Shown piece after piece: positions 34,912-46,732 of a stretch of 64,000 nt of DNA. Origin of the DNA: Tricharina praecox (Eukaryota). Every line of letters begins with the position of its first letter. The first letter of the stretch is position 1. Under the pieces are notes generated by a model. That model was not told the DNA's origin, did no database searches, and worked only from the letters and a program-made list of their open reading frames with translations. The stretch is taken from NCBI RefSeq assembly GCF_024521635.1, contig NW_026250406.1, forward strand, positions 372,001 to 436,000. The letters run 5' to 3'. The translations under genes and the position numbers were made by a program.

Positions 34912-35413
34912 CTACATCAAAACCGCACCCAGGACACCGCCCACCGCCACGACGACCGCCATCCCCACCGCAGTCCCCACCGTCGCAGCACTACTCTTGA
35001 ACCCGCTCCCGACATCAGCCTTCATATTCTTCTCCACTGCGGCCATGACACTCTTCTTCCCCTTGGCATCCGTGATATACGTCTGGGTAGCCACAAACTT
35101 CGAAGCCCGCTCATACGCTTCACGGTGCAGCTATTTCATTGTCGCCTTAGGCATCGTCATCATCTCGCTGGCGAGCGTGTGCGTCGCAAAGCATTCATTG
35201 ACTACGGCGGCCCCGGCGGAGGTGAACTGCGCGTAGCCCGGATAGGACGAGAGCGCGTTAGGAACGGGGAGGAAGGCGGATAGTCTGCGGGTGTTAGATC
35301 GGTGCACAGGTGGGATGAGATGCATGCTCTTACGGGTGGTGTTCGTCGGCATTTGCGAGGGATGCTAGGACGGTGAGGGTGGTGATAAGTGATGTTTGGA
35401 AATTGAAGTGCAT
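34912..35413 (-). pseudogene. Paralog of the adjacent GPI-type gene with an in-frame TAG (exons 35413-35334, 35284-34912)
   Basis: Signal peptide MHFNFQTSLITTLTVLASLANA. GTAAGA..CTAAC..CAG intron. Shared FVATQT motif. TAG at 35133-35131. Confidence 0.65.
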
Positions 35414-36125
35414 CGTTCTTCAGCTAGCTTGCGGGCGGTTTGGTCGAGTGAATGAGCCACGAGGAGGTCCATTATAAGCTTACTCGGAAATCGCTGTTGT
35501 CGAGGAAGCTGTACGTACCCGAGGACTCGGTGGCCAGTCATCGACATCCACTTCATGACAACGTCCACGCAGCCAACACCGCCGGACAGCAGACATTTCA
35601 CAATGGAAGTTTTCAGGTTCCAGATCAACTACTTCATTATCCACCCAACAATATAGGCCACCTCTCGAAGGAGCCTTACATCGATATCGTCGCGGAGATT
35701 TCGCATGTGCCACCTCGAGTCCGGTCAGAGCAGTCGGCGACACGCGAAGAAGCAGTGATTACGGGGACGTACTGGTTCCTCGTGTCAACGGATGGCGGTA
35801 TTCCCTATCATGCCACAAATCCGCGCCTTTGGTTTACCTTGTTTGTGGTTCCCATCCATGGACCATCTCACGAACGCCTTCTATTGTTGCATCTTTTGCA
35901 AGTCCGTATCCTGATATGGAGATGGGAAGGGATGATGTGTATTGAATTTCCGGAAACCTAAACTATCGAGCCCACACGCAGAAAACTCAAGAAAAACGAT
36001 AACCCAAAACCCAACCGCAGGCCCCTTCCCCTCCACTCCGCCCTCTTCCCCTCCGCCATCCACTCCGCCCCTCGCTCCTCCCCACTCCTCCCCCTCCCTC
36101 CCCCCCTCCCCCCAGTAGGAGTTAC

Positions 36126-36953
36126 CTACATCGTATCCCCGCCCATTTCTCCGGCCAATTCCCTTGCCGACGCGCCCTGCCTCTGAGCACCCGCAGGCTG
36201 CTCAACCTTTCCGTTCGGCACAAATTCAGGGGTGGCAGGGAAGTGGCCATTTCCGTTGGAGAAGCCATTGCTCTCCCTATGGGTTCCGTTTTTGATGCCA
36301 TTGACGCCATTTGCGACACCATTGGTTCCATTCGCCTTGCCGTTGATGCCATTGGAGTGGCCATTGGCGGTGCCGTTCGTCTTGCCGTTAATGCCGTTGG
36401 AGTGACCATTGGCAGTGCTGTTCGTCTTCCCTTCCTCACTGGCCCACTTCTCCTGCAGGGCTTTCTCAACCCACTCGTTGAACCAATAGCCCTCCAACTT
36501 CTCCCTACTCATCTGTCCGGCGCCGTTGATGGTTCCCCTGCACTGTTCCTCGCCACAGTGACAGTCGAACGGCTGGGCCATGTCCCACTCAGTGCTTGGG
36601 TAGAAGAACGTCAACTCCTGCCCCTGGTTGAGGGTTCCTCCCTTGATATCCCTCGCGACCCTGATCTCCATGCGCGCAATATCAAACTCCAGCGATGGCG
36701 CACACGAGTGGTTGATGTACACAAGGTCGGAGTTGAGCTCTACGTGGGTAGTGGCGGAGGTCTGGACAGTGGAGTACGCCTTCTTTGCGGGGGTGAGGGG
36801 CGGGGTGCTGAGCGCGGCGAAGACGGCGCCCGCCGGGAGTGTCACCTGCGAGATCGAGCGCGAGGAGAACGAGTCCCGGTCGGCGGAGGCGTGGATCACC
36901 GAGAGAATCGAGGGGTGCGAGGGCTGCGACCAGTGCGGGATGAGGGCGGCCAT
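36126..36953 (-). CDS. Small SET/post-SET domain protein (putative lysine methyltransferase)
   Basis: YINHSCAPS, ELTFFYPSTEW and FDCHCGEEQCRG motifs. NG-repeat tail. TATAAG upstream near 37075. Confidence 0.9.
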   Translation of the reverse strand: MAALIPHWSQPSHPSILSVIHASADRDSFSSRSISQVTLPAGAVFAALSTPPLTPAKKAYSTVQTSATTHVELNSDLVYINHSCAPSLEFDIARMEIRVARDIKGGTLNQGQELTFFYPSTEWDMAQPFDCHCGEEQCRGTINGAGQMSREKLEGYWFNEWVEKALQEKWASEEGKTNSTANGHSNGINGKTNGTANGHSNGINGKANGTNGVANGVNGIKNGTHRESNGFSNGNGHFPATPEFVPNGKVEQPAGAQRQGASARELAGEMGGDTM

Positions 36954-37760
36954 TGTGCTGTACGAGTTGAAGTGCGGTGAGTGCGCGGCGATTGCGTAGT
37001 GTAGTGTAACAAGTGTGCGTATGTGCGGGTACCTGTGATATCATAGTAACAGCACCCGCCAACCATCCGGGGCCTTATATAGGACCCCATCTCCAACTCT
37101 CCCGTCGACCGGCCCGACAGCGGCAAGTGGAGGATTCAATTTTGCGTGCCGGAGACATGGAGATTAAGTTCATCCCAAGCCTGTCGAGATGAGGGAATTC
37201 GCTAGCCTTATTAACACGGGAAATGGCGGGGGAATGGAGGGTGCCTCGGCGCTCTAGAGCGTGATCCGGCGTTGCGGGTAGGTGCGGAGCGGAGCCGGAG
37301 CTACATATCGCGGTGGGGGATCAGCTGCGGGGTATGGGGTGAAACCTCGGCTTCAGATGAACCATCCATGCCGTGCGCTATATGCCATCGGCGATCTTGG
37401 CGATGTTTGGAATGACATCACAAATATACAAACAATCCTGGGCTTCGGAAAGTTTGGAGCCGGTGTTATTGAGGGTCCTTCAAACGATTTCGTGGAGCAG
37501 AGGTAACAATTTTTGAGAGAGATCACATCACCATGCGGAGCAATTGGTATGCCATGGCTATCAGACGGATAATCCCTTTCGATAAGCAGTAGTGCTTGGG
37601 CTTCACTGAAATAGACATTGCCATGTGTCCCACAAAGGCCAAAAACCCATGACTCGAACCACACACCCTCACCAGCAGTTGGAGACGAAAACACTATTGA
37701 CCGCCTTCCCGCTCAATGGATTCTGGAGTAGAGACGAAGTTGTAAAACAAAAGAAACAAC

Positions 37761-37832
37761 TGCCCTGGACCGGAATTGAACCGGCGATCTCGTCATTACG
37801 AGTGACGCGCCTTACCGCTTGGCCACCAGGGC
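37761..37832 (-). tRNA. tRNA-Thr(CGT)
   Basis: 72-nt cloverleaf GCCCTGG..CCAGGGC-A. Anticodon arm CGTCA-CTCGTAA-TGACG. GGTTCAATTCC T-arm. T runs downstream. Confidence 0.96.
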
Positions 37833-39435
37833 TAGTGTTGTTGATTGCCATGTACAGTGGCTATACACTAGCTGAAACAAACAACTGCATTCGTAGATCG
37901 TGCTGTGAGCCTAGAGTTCAACTGCTTGTGTGATGCACGCTTTTCCTTGGTGCAGAGTGAATGAAATATTTAACTCCTGTACTCCATCATCATCCCCAAC
38001 TGAGGGAAGTAAAAACGGGGTGATGCCCAGTGTACCTATTAAGCCCAATGGACTCTCATGATGAGCGCGGGACGGAAGGTGAAGGTCGAGTAAAGACACA
38101 GCAAGGCCGCATCGATCCATTCGGCTTGACAATCCCGAAGACAGAGCGGGTCGACATTCAGTCTTGAGAAACCCTCTAAGATCAATGAACGATTGTCGAT
38201 GTAGATGATAATTATTCCCTTCCACTGCAACCTCACTTCAACCTCATCAAGATTGCCCGGCATCTGTGATGACCGTTGCTCCTAATTTGTAGAACTCGGT
38301 AGGATCAGAAGCCGATTCCTGAGTTAGGCTGCAGTATGAAGACTCTTTTTTGTTTCATTCAGCCCATCTAAGCTATGGCGGCGTACTTCTGAATGATTCC
38401 AGTTTGAATGAACTCTTGTGTTTACTCATTCCCGTGCAGAACGAAGATTCTAAAATATTTGAGTGGCCATCCTTTCCGCTCCCTGAGTGCTAAGTTGTGA
38501 TCCTCCTCACTGTTTATCGTTCGCTTCCGTGAGCCATTCGAGCAGTGGCTGGGTGTGGTGGTGCATTCACCCGGGAATCCGGTCCATCATAGCGGCGATC
38601 CCGGATAACATGTCGTCTACGATACCCCGCTGCAGGACCGTGCCTGCAAGCCAGTGCAAAGGCTTTTGACGGGGACATCCTGTCATCCGATAACCTTCGT
38701 AACTGTGCGAGCGAGCTCCTCGCTTTCGATGTTCGCTTCCCCTTAATTTTGTTTACATCACTTCCTCCTGCTGAGAGCTGTCTGTTTTTGTTATTGTTTT
38801 TTTTGCGACAAAGCAGGCTGGACCAATAAGCACCCGGCGCGTGCCGTTTGTTATGTCTTTGGGGAGGCTGGGATCGCTGGGGCTGGTTGCCTCAGCGACT
38901 CGCGCCGCGCCAACACCAAATCAACAAAGCAAGGAACGGCCGGACGGGTTCCTGCGCGCTGGCCTGGAGGGGGCTGGCTGGTGGGTGGTGGGAGGTGGCG
39001 GACAGTGCTGGGCGGGAATATCATCACCATTCTCCAACACATCCTCCCCCCAACACCACACGAACACGTTCTCCCCACACAGTAGCCCCCTTCCTACTAT
39101 ATACTCTTCGCGATTATTACGCAGCGTGCTTCTGTTTTCTTTCTTTTGCATGCAAGGGCTTATTACTCCGCGTCGTTACGGCTGATATCACGGCCGCCTG
39201 AATCCAGACGAGAAACGAAACGAAACGCCATAGTGTTACACCCGCTTCCTTCCTGTCCTGACAAGTTGTAAGCGACCGCCCTGTCCGGGACATACTACCC
39301 ATTACCGCCACCGTTACCACTGCACCACCCCCAGACTTTACTCTACACACTCGACGAGAAGAAACGGGACCGGACTGCACTCTCTTTCTACACCTCCGAC
39401 ACTCACACGCTCGTGCCCGCGTCGGATCACCAACC

Positions 39436-41571
39436 ATGGCCGGAATGCAGCGCTCGTACAGCTTCGACGCCAACGACGACGACCCCTCGTACTATCCCCT
39501 CCGTCCCCAGCAGCAGCAGCAGGAGGCGGCCCACTACCACCAGCAACGGTCACAAGAACCACAGTTCTACGCCCCGCCGGTCGCGCAGCCACCAGTATAC
39601 CACCAGTCCCCTTCACAACACCACCAGAACTACCTATCCCCACAAGCACCACAGCGATATCCCTCGGACGTATCATGGGGCGAGCCACCGCACCGTTCGG
39701 TCTCGGAGAGCTCCATGTCCTCGGTGGGGATCGAGCACCAGCCCACCGTGATCCGGAAGTCGCTACCGCCTGCTGCAGCAGCGGCGGCCGCGGCCGCACT
39801 CCACGCCGTGCAGGAAGATGTCGCCCCGAGCCCGGTAGAACGCGATGAGCGGTACTGGGCACCGGAACTCGGGTATGCACAACGCGGACAGCCGGATGGC
39901 GCATACCCATATCCATCGCAGCGCTCGACGCCCGCGTCGCAAGCACCTCTACTTCCCGGTCCGCCTGCGCCCCCGGCACACGCGAGGGGTACCGGTAATG
40001 GCAACGATAGCCCCGGCGGTCGACAGCGAGTGCTGGTTGATCCGCTGCTGGGACAGTACACGGATAATCCGTACCAGAGGATGAGCACTACTTGGGATCC
40101 TGCGTTGAGCCAATCACAGTTTGATGGCGCGAACGATGTGCTGAGTGATGATGATGACGACTGGGGAAAGAAGGGCGGGAAGAAGGGGAAGGGCATGGGG
40201 GGGATTGCGGCGGCCACGGCCGGAGTCGGGGCCACTGGGGGCATAAAAGGTGGGGCGGTCGAGAGCGGGGGGTTGCTTGCGAGTGGGGCGAGGGCGGGTG
40301 TTAATGGTATGGACTCCCTTGGGCGTTCCGTGTTCGTCGACGATCTTGCTAACCCATAGCAACAGAAAAATCGGATTGGCTCCGCTCCAACGAAAACTCC
40401 TCCCGAAAGCGAAGACGCTGGGTCATCGGCATCATACTGGTCGTGATCATCGCCGGCATCGCCGCCGGCACCGCAGCGGGCGTCCTCCTATCCAAGCGCG
40501 GAAACAACAACGACAACTCCAGCGGTGCCCCCAGTGGTCCCTCCGCCGCAGATGACCTCCGCCAGAACGGTTTACTCGACAAAAATTCTGCAGAGATCAA
40601 AGCACTCATGAACAACCCGGACCTGCACAAAGTCTTCCACGGGATGGACTACACCCCTCTCGGTGGCGTGTACCCCGAGTGCCTCACATGGCCGCCGACG
40701 CAGAACAACATCACGCGTGATATCGCGGTGTTGTCTCTACTGACCGACAAAGTCCGCCTATACGGCACTGACTGCAACCAAACCGAGATGGTTCTGCACG
40801 CCATCGACGCTCTCGGCGTTGACATGACGGTCTGGATCGGCGTCTGGCTCGACGGCAATTCCACCACCAACACACGACAGCTAAACCACCTGTACACGCT
40901 CCTCTCAGACGAGAAGCACCATGACAAGTACGCCGGCGTAGCCGTCGGCAACGAAGTGCTCTTTGCCAAAACCCTCACCCAAACGCAACTCTTCAACATC
41001 ATCTCGGAAGTGCGCACAAACCTCACCACGCTTGGCTACAACATCCCTGTCGGCACCAGCGACCTCGGCTCCAACTGGAAAACGGAGATGGCGAGCGAGG
41101 TGGACGTGCTCATGGCGAATGTACACCCGTTCTTTGCCGGCGTAGTCGTGGAGAAGGCGGCGAATTGGACATACACCTTCTTCCAGGAGAACGATGTGGT
41201 GCTTACCGACGGCCTCAGCCCGAAGCCAAGAGTGATGATCAGCGAAGTCGGCTGGCCGTCCGGTGGTGGCTCCACCGGCGGCTCCGTCGCTGGAATCGAT
41301 GAAATGAACACTTTCATGGCCGACTTTGTATGCAAGGAAAATGCGCGTGGCACGGAATACTTTTGGTATCTAACCCACCCCTCACCCACCCTATCTCCGC
41401 GCCAATTGAGCAGCAGCTAATGGAAATGCGCGTAGGTTCTCGGGCTTCGACGAACCCTGGAAGATCCGCTACAACGAGCCAAAGCTTGGAAAGGAGTGGG
41501 AGGATAAGTGGGGCTTGCTCGATGTCAACCGGAAGCTCAAGAAGGGGTTGACGATTCCGGACTGTAAGTAA
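39436..41571 (+). CDS. btgC: Membrane-anchored GH17 endo-beta-1,3-glucanase, BtgC-like (exons 39436-40306, 40360-41365, 41436-41571)
   Basis: Disordered N-terminus, EKSDWL then a TM helix. [30 protein letters not shown] and FDEPWK motifs. Canonical introns. Confidence 0.9.
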
Positions 41572-42586
41572 TGGTAGGAAAATAGTGACGAGGGGCGGTG
41601 GGGTGGGGTGGGGTGGGGTGGGGTGGGAGATGTTGGGTGGAGTTGGCGTTTATGATTATTGCTTTATGATGAGATGGAAAGGAGAGGGGAAAAGAGAGCG
41701 GGGGAAGGGATAAGAATGGGGAGGATGTGGGGAGGGGAGGGGAGGAGAGGGGAGGGAGGCTGCATATACCTGTGTCTGTCATGTTTGGTTTGATGTGTTT
41801 ATGTTGCATTGCATTTTGTTTCGTGTATATGATGAAGATTTAATGATCATGTCAAAAGCTGCGTTGCCTTGTACGGGACAGTTCGTGAGGTGGTTACTGC
41901 GAGGCCTGGGTCAGGGGTGAGATGCTCTCCCCAGCATAAGAAGTAGAAGGCAACGCAACCATCGCATAACCCACTTGAGTTGAGTTGCACAACCCCTCCA
42001 TCCATACCTACATAATAACCCTTCAATACACCTCGCCAGTATATACGGGCCCTGCATCCACTCTACTATATCGTACATACCTGCCTGCCTGCTTCAGCTG
42101 TACCCCACGCGCACACAGAAAAACGTGCTGCCACCTTCATCTGCAACCTTCTTCTGCTGCATCAGCCAGCCAGCCTAACCACGTGCAAAAGATACCCACC
42201 GACATCCACCACGTCCGGAGGCATTACCCATCCGTCACTCGGGAGTCGGTATTCCGCTACCTATATAGCATTCCGTAGCAATCAAGCATCACCGATTCGA
42301 GCTAGTACTCTATGCACGTAGAGTACTTCTCACATGTATGATGTATCAAGACCCGGCACGGCGCGGATGACGTTCGACTGTGTTCTGACAGCCACCATCC
42401 CACCGATCCACCGGCAGCGGGTGCATAGCGGCCCGTGCCGGGTGACAGTGGGACGGGCGAGGCCTGATAAAGTTTGTCAGCCGATCGTGTACATTATTAG
42501 CGATGAAGCCCCTTACTAGAATCCTCGACTGTAAAATAATCGTGCTGCCTCGCAGAAAAGTGGGAAGTGGTTGAGGGCAAAAAGAA

Positions 42587-42658
42587 AGCTCTGACGCGGA
42601 TTTGAACCGCGGATCTCATCATTACTAGTGATGCGCCTTACCGCTTGGCCACCAGAGC
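42587..42658 (-). tRNA. tRNA-Thr(AGT)
   Basis: 72-nt cloverleaf GCTCTGG..TCAGAGC-T. Anticodon arm CATCA-CTAGTAA-TGATG. T5 terminator. Confidence 0.96.
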
Positions 42659-43256
42659 CTTGTACGGAATCCAAGCGGTTTTAGCGTATATGACATACTT
42701 AGTGGATTTCGCCAGCACCTCCGTATCGTCTCCAAGTCCCAAGCTCCGAGTGCTGGTCTCAAGATTCCCTCCCGCCAATATGTTGCCGCAGAAATCAGTA
42801 CAGTCAGTTGTCGCATACATGCTAAAATTAATCGAGGGGTCCTAAATTCAATCCACTTCTGCTACAACTAATTCAGGGATTCTATGTCATCATACAAATT
42901 CAATCCTACCATTCATCGATAAACAACCGTAGTTTCTAGCTTGGAGCTGATGGGAATATAACGATTGCTTTATAATCGAAGCATTGAGGTATGTGTTGTC
43001 TGTAGTCCTTGTCCGATCAAAATATTGTTATATGTACCGCCCTCATCATACTCTTTCCAGCCGTTTTATCGTGATTGTCCTACAGCGTTGGTGTGATATT
43101 CTATGATGACGATTAAAACGCGCAGATCGAGCTCTGGAAGCCGGCCGGTACATAGACAAGATCGCCACATGTCCCCCTGCAATCGCGCCCGTCAGGGTCA
43201 AAAGAGATTGCTCACGCGCGGATCTCTCGCGACGCGGGATGTCACCCAGCACAAAA

Positions 43257-43328
43257 AGCTCTGACGCGGATTTGAACCGCGGATCTCATCATTACTAGTG
43301 ATGCGCCTTACCGCTTGGCCACCAGAGC
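43257..43328 (-). tRNA. tRNA-Thr(AGT)
   Basis: Identical body to 42587-42658, with a T run immediately downstream. Confidence 0.96.
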
Positions 43329-43995
43329 AGTTAATGCCGAAGCTACAATCTACTCCATGTACATATCACTAGCCGCCGGCTTCCTTGCAAGCGCTATATC
43401 ACTCCACGGTTTCGGATCTCGGGTTCCGGCTTTCGGCTTTCAGCTTTCTCTAGATACGGCTCGCCGCCGTGTCGCTGCAAAATTGTCGAGTTGGCTGTTG
43501 TGGGCCAATGACATCGCTGCGCGGCCCTAAGTTCCGTTTGGTCGTTCGCGCTAGAGCTAGAGGCCTGGGACCTTGATGGCTTGACTTGGTCTGCCAGGGA
43601 AACAAGTGGACCTCGCTCGCGTGTTAAGATGGTGATGATGACGAGTTTCGCTGCGAACTGGGAGCGACCTGGAAGATAAGATGAGACAGGGAACTAGGAG
43701 GAGCAGGGGAGAACTGGAGGCCTTTGTTCTCATGGGTGTCTCCCTCTGCTTTATACCTTTTTTTTTCTCTTCTGATCTCCGTTGCACTTTGAATTCCCCG
43801 GTGTTGTTGCGCAAATCCCTTCCAGCCCGCGATCGCAGATCACTGCCAACCTGCGTCGTCGTCATCGTCGCCATAGACAATTCCCGTCTTATCACCCACC
43901 AGCCGCCGCATACATAGCACTTACATTCCTCGTACACCCTTATCTATCACCACCGCTACCGTCGCTACATACACCCATACCTCGAGAATCTTGCG

Positions 43996-46416
43996 ATGTT
44001 CACCCGCCGCCCCCGGCGCTCCTCCTCCCCCGCGGCGCCCTCGCAGTCCGCGCTCATCGCCGCCGCCTCCGTGTACAACCCACTCGCGGCGGCAGCCGCA
44101 GGCGCCGCCCTCCGCGATGCGACCGTATCGCCGCCGCCGCCAGAGCAGCGCACGGGGAGTATTCCCACGAAGCGCATGCTGCAGCGACGCGATAGCTACT
44201 CGTCTACTGCGTCGGATCCGCCAGCGGTGGGGATGGGGATGGGGATGGGGCGGAGGGGGAGTTCCGGCTCCCTCACACAGCGCAGGTTTAGGAATAGCCC
44301 GCCGCCGCCGGCGAGCGATGGCGCGAGAAGTCCTCCGCCGTCGTCGGTTAGGAGTTCCGGCAGCATGCGAAAAACCATGAGGAGTCCCCCGCCGCAGGAG
44401 GTACACGCCGCCGAGAGCTTGCGCGAATCGTTGCGACCGCAGAAGCATGAGACGAGGGGCGTGCTATCGCGAGGATCGCTACGTGGAGATCCGGATGTGC
44501 ACAGGGAGAGGCGCAGGTTTAGTTCTTCGTCGGAGTCCGAGGATGGAAGGGGGTTGGCGCCTGTGAAGCGGAGGCAGGACGCGTATGCTGAGTCGCTTGG
44601 GAGTTATGCTAGCGATCTGGACAGCATCGTGGAGGATGAAAGGAGGCAACAGACGAGACGCAGGAGGAAGAGTGCTCCCATCGTGGAGGAGGAAGAGGAG
44701 GAGGATAGAAGAAGGAGGGAGGATCAGGAGGATATCCGGCGGAAGAGGGAGGAGGCGAAGATGAGGCTTAGACGGGGTGAGGAGGCGGACGAGGAATTGA
44801 GGAAACTTCGCCAAGAGGAGGAGGAGATTAAACTTCGACGCGAGGAGGAGACGAGGCTTAGACGTGAGGAAGAGGAGATGGAGAAGAGGCGGGCCGAACG
44901 AAGGAAGACGTTATCATTACTCGAGTCGCCGCGCATCGCGCAGGAAGAGGTCCAAGTGGTCCCGCGGTCACCCGCGCGCACGCACTTCGCCGGCACGACG
45001 CTTGAGGCACATCGACACTCTCCACCACCGCGATCGGTGAGCCCTGCCAAGAGCGCGCTGAAGCATCCCATCTCCGAGAGGGTTCCCGGCGATACGAGCC
45101 CGATTGCGAGTGACAGGAAGAGGACGTATGTACGTGTTTCGTTCTCGGATGAGGAGAGTGTTGTTTCTTTCTCACATTCAAGGCCGCCGGCCGTGACGGT
45201 GGATGAGCTCGCGCCAAGACCGGGACTACCGGTGTTTGGGAGTGTCAAGGAGAGGGATATTGCGGCTGAGATGGAGACATGGAGGAAGCGTGAGACGACG
45301 CTGGTTGAGCCAGCGCCTCCGGTTGCTGCAAATGGGGATCCGATTTCCTTTGGGTCTGAAGCAGTGCCTGAACTGGTGTTGATCGAGCCTACGCCGATGG
45401 AAGAGAAAAAAGAGAGTGTGGCCATGTCTACGGTTTTTGAGAAATCGCCAGCCGCACCGCTTGAGACATCTGCGCTCACACAACAGCCCCTTCACCGCAA
45501 GCAAGTTGGCACTGTCTCGCTCCCAATAACGCCCGTGCCCGGATCCTTCCCAGAGACATCATTCGTACCGACCGCCGATGATGCAGCCAGCGATTCTGAC
45601 AGCTCCAGCATGTACGAAGATGCACTCGAGGACGTCACCCCACCGGCGGAACCTACGATGAACCCATTAATCGTCGCTACCACCCCCTCAGCGCCCCCGC
45701 AATCTACAGCTTCATCGCCCCCGCAATCTCCACGTCAAACCAATGCAGGCAACCGCACCCCCATTCCTCGGCCCCCTTCACCCCCGCTCCCGGCCAGTTT
45801 CTCCCTGCCAACCCCCACCCCCTCTCGCAGACGTTCCCTCACCCCACCCCCACGCCGCCGTTCCTCCCAGCGCCAAACCTCGCAGCCCCCTCGCCACGAC
45901 GATGACGACGACGACGCAGCCTCAGTCTCCAGTTTCCGCCGCGTCCACCCGCGCGCAACTTGCGGCTTCCGCAGCTCTATGCGCATTGCTGCTCCCATCG
46001 CTCCCGCGAGACGTTTCTCTGAAGACTCGAGCGACGAGGAAGCGGGTGGTGTGCGCCGACGGTTCGGCCTTGGTGGTGGTGGCGAGGGCAGGTCGTGGAA
46101 GAGTAGGTACGAAGACTCTAGCGATGACGAGGGGGGTGTAAGGCCCGTTACCGCTCGGAGTAGTGTGCGCCCCGCCACGGCAGCAAGTAGTCCGGGGAAG
46201 CTGAGGAAACAGAGCTTCAAGAAAACGTCTTCGGCGCCGATTCAAGGGGAGGAAGAGAAGACGAAGAAGAAGGGGTTGTTTGGGTTCTTGGGGGGGAAGC
46301 AGTCAAGAAAGAATCTAGAGAAGAGGAGTGAGAGTGCGGCATTAGATTCGGCGTTTCCCACTGGGGAGGGGGAGGCGAGGAAGGAAAAGAAGAGGTGGTG
46401 GAAGTTTGGGCATTAG
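43996..46416 (+). CDS. Uncharacterised 806-aa low-complexity protein with a charged coiled coil
   Basis: Long ATG ORF rich in S/P/R/E, with an RVSF motif and basic-aromatic C-terminal patches (KKKGLFGFL, KKRWWKF). Confidence 0.8.
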   Translation: MFTRRPRRSSSPAAPSQSALIAAASVYNPLAAAAAGAALRDATVSPPPPEQRTGSIPTKRMLQRRDSYSSTASDPPAVGMGMGMGRRGSSGSLTQRRFRNSPPPPASDGARSPPPSSVRSSGSMRKTMRSPPPQEVHAAESLRESLRPQKHETRGVLSRGSLRGDPDVHRERRRFSSSSESEDGRGLAPVKRRQDAYAESLGSYASDLDSIVEDERRQQTRRRRKSAPIVEEEEEEDRRRREDQEDIRRKREEAKMRLRRGEEADEELRKLRQEEEEIKLRREEETRLRREEEEMEKRRAERRKTLSLLESPRIAQEEVQVVPRSPARTHFAGTTLEAHRHSPPPRSVSPAKSALKHPISERVPGDTSPIASDRKRTYVRVSFSDEESVVSFSHSRPPAVTVDELAPRPGLPVFGSVKERDIAAEMETWRKRETTLVEPAPPVAANGDPISFGSEAVPELVLIEPTPMEEKKESVAMSTVFEKSPAAPLETSALTQQPLHRKQVGTVSLPITPVPGSFPETSFVPTADDAASDSDSSSMYEDALEDVTPPAEPTMNPLIVATTPSAPPQSTASSPPQSPRQTNAGNRTPIPRPPSPPLPASFSLPTPTPSRRRSLTPPPRRRSSQRQTSQPPRHDDDDDDAASVSSFRRVHPRATCGFRSSMRIAAPIAPARRFSEDSSDEEAGGVRRRFGLGGGGEGRSWKSRYEDSSDDEGGVRPVTARSSVRPATAASSPGKLRKQSFKKTSSAPIQGEEEKTKKKGLFGFLGGKQSRKNLEKRSESAALDSAFPTGEGEARKEKKRWWKFGH

Positions 46417-46732
46417 GTAATACGATCGGAGTGATTTGAGGCGGTATATGCTTTTCTGCGATGATAAACCATGAGGTCATCTAATTTACGTTCTTCTATG
46501 GATCTGTTACTTTAGTTTGATGTATCTTTTGTAGTGAGGCGCTGGGTGGACTTTGACTTCTATTTATACTTAGCGGGTGGGAATCATTTGGGAATGAGAT
46601 TTTTGATGTGTGATTGATTATGATCGTCTACATGTTTTACCATCAACGGTGTACTTGAAAAATGGATCACTTTATTTCATTACCATAAAATACGGAGCCC
46701 TCACATAACCCACTACATGCAACCGCCTATCA

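Noticed and set aside
35452..35961. 169-aa ORF and overlapping minus-strand fragments
   Set aside because: No motif or splice support. At most an unidentifiable relic.
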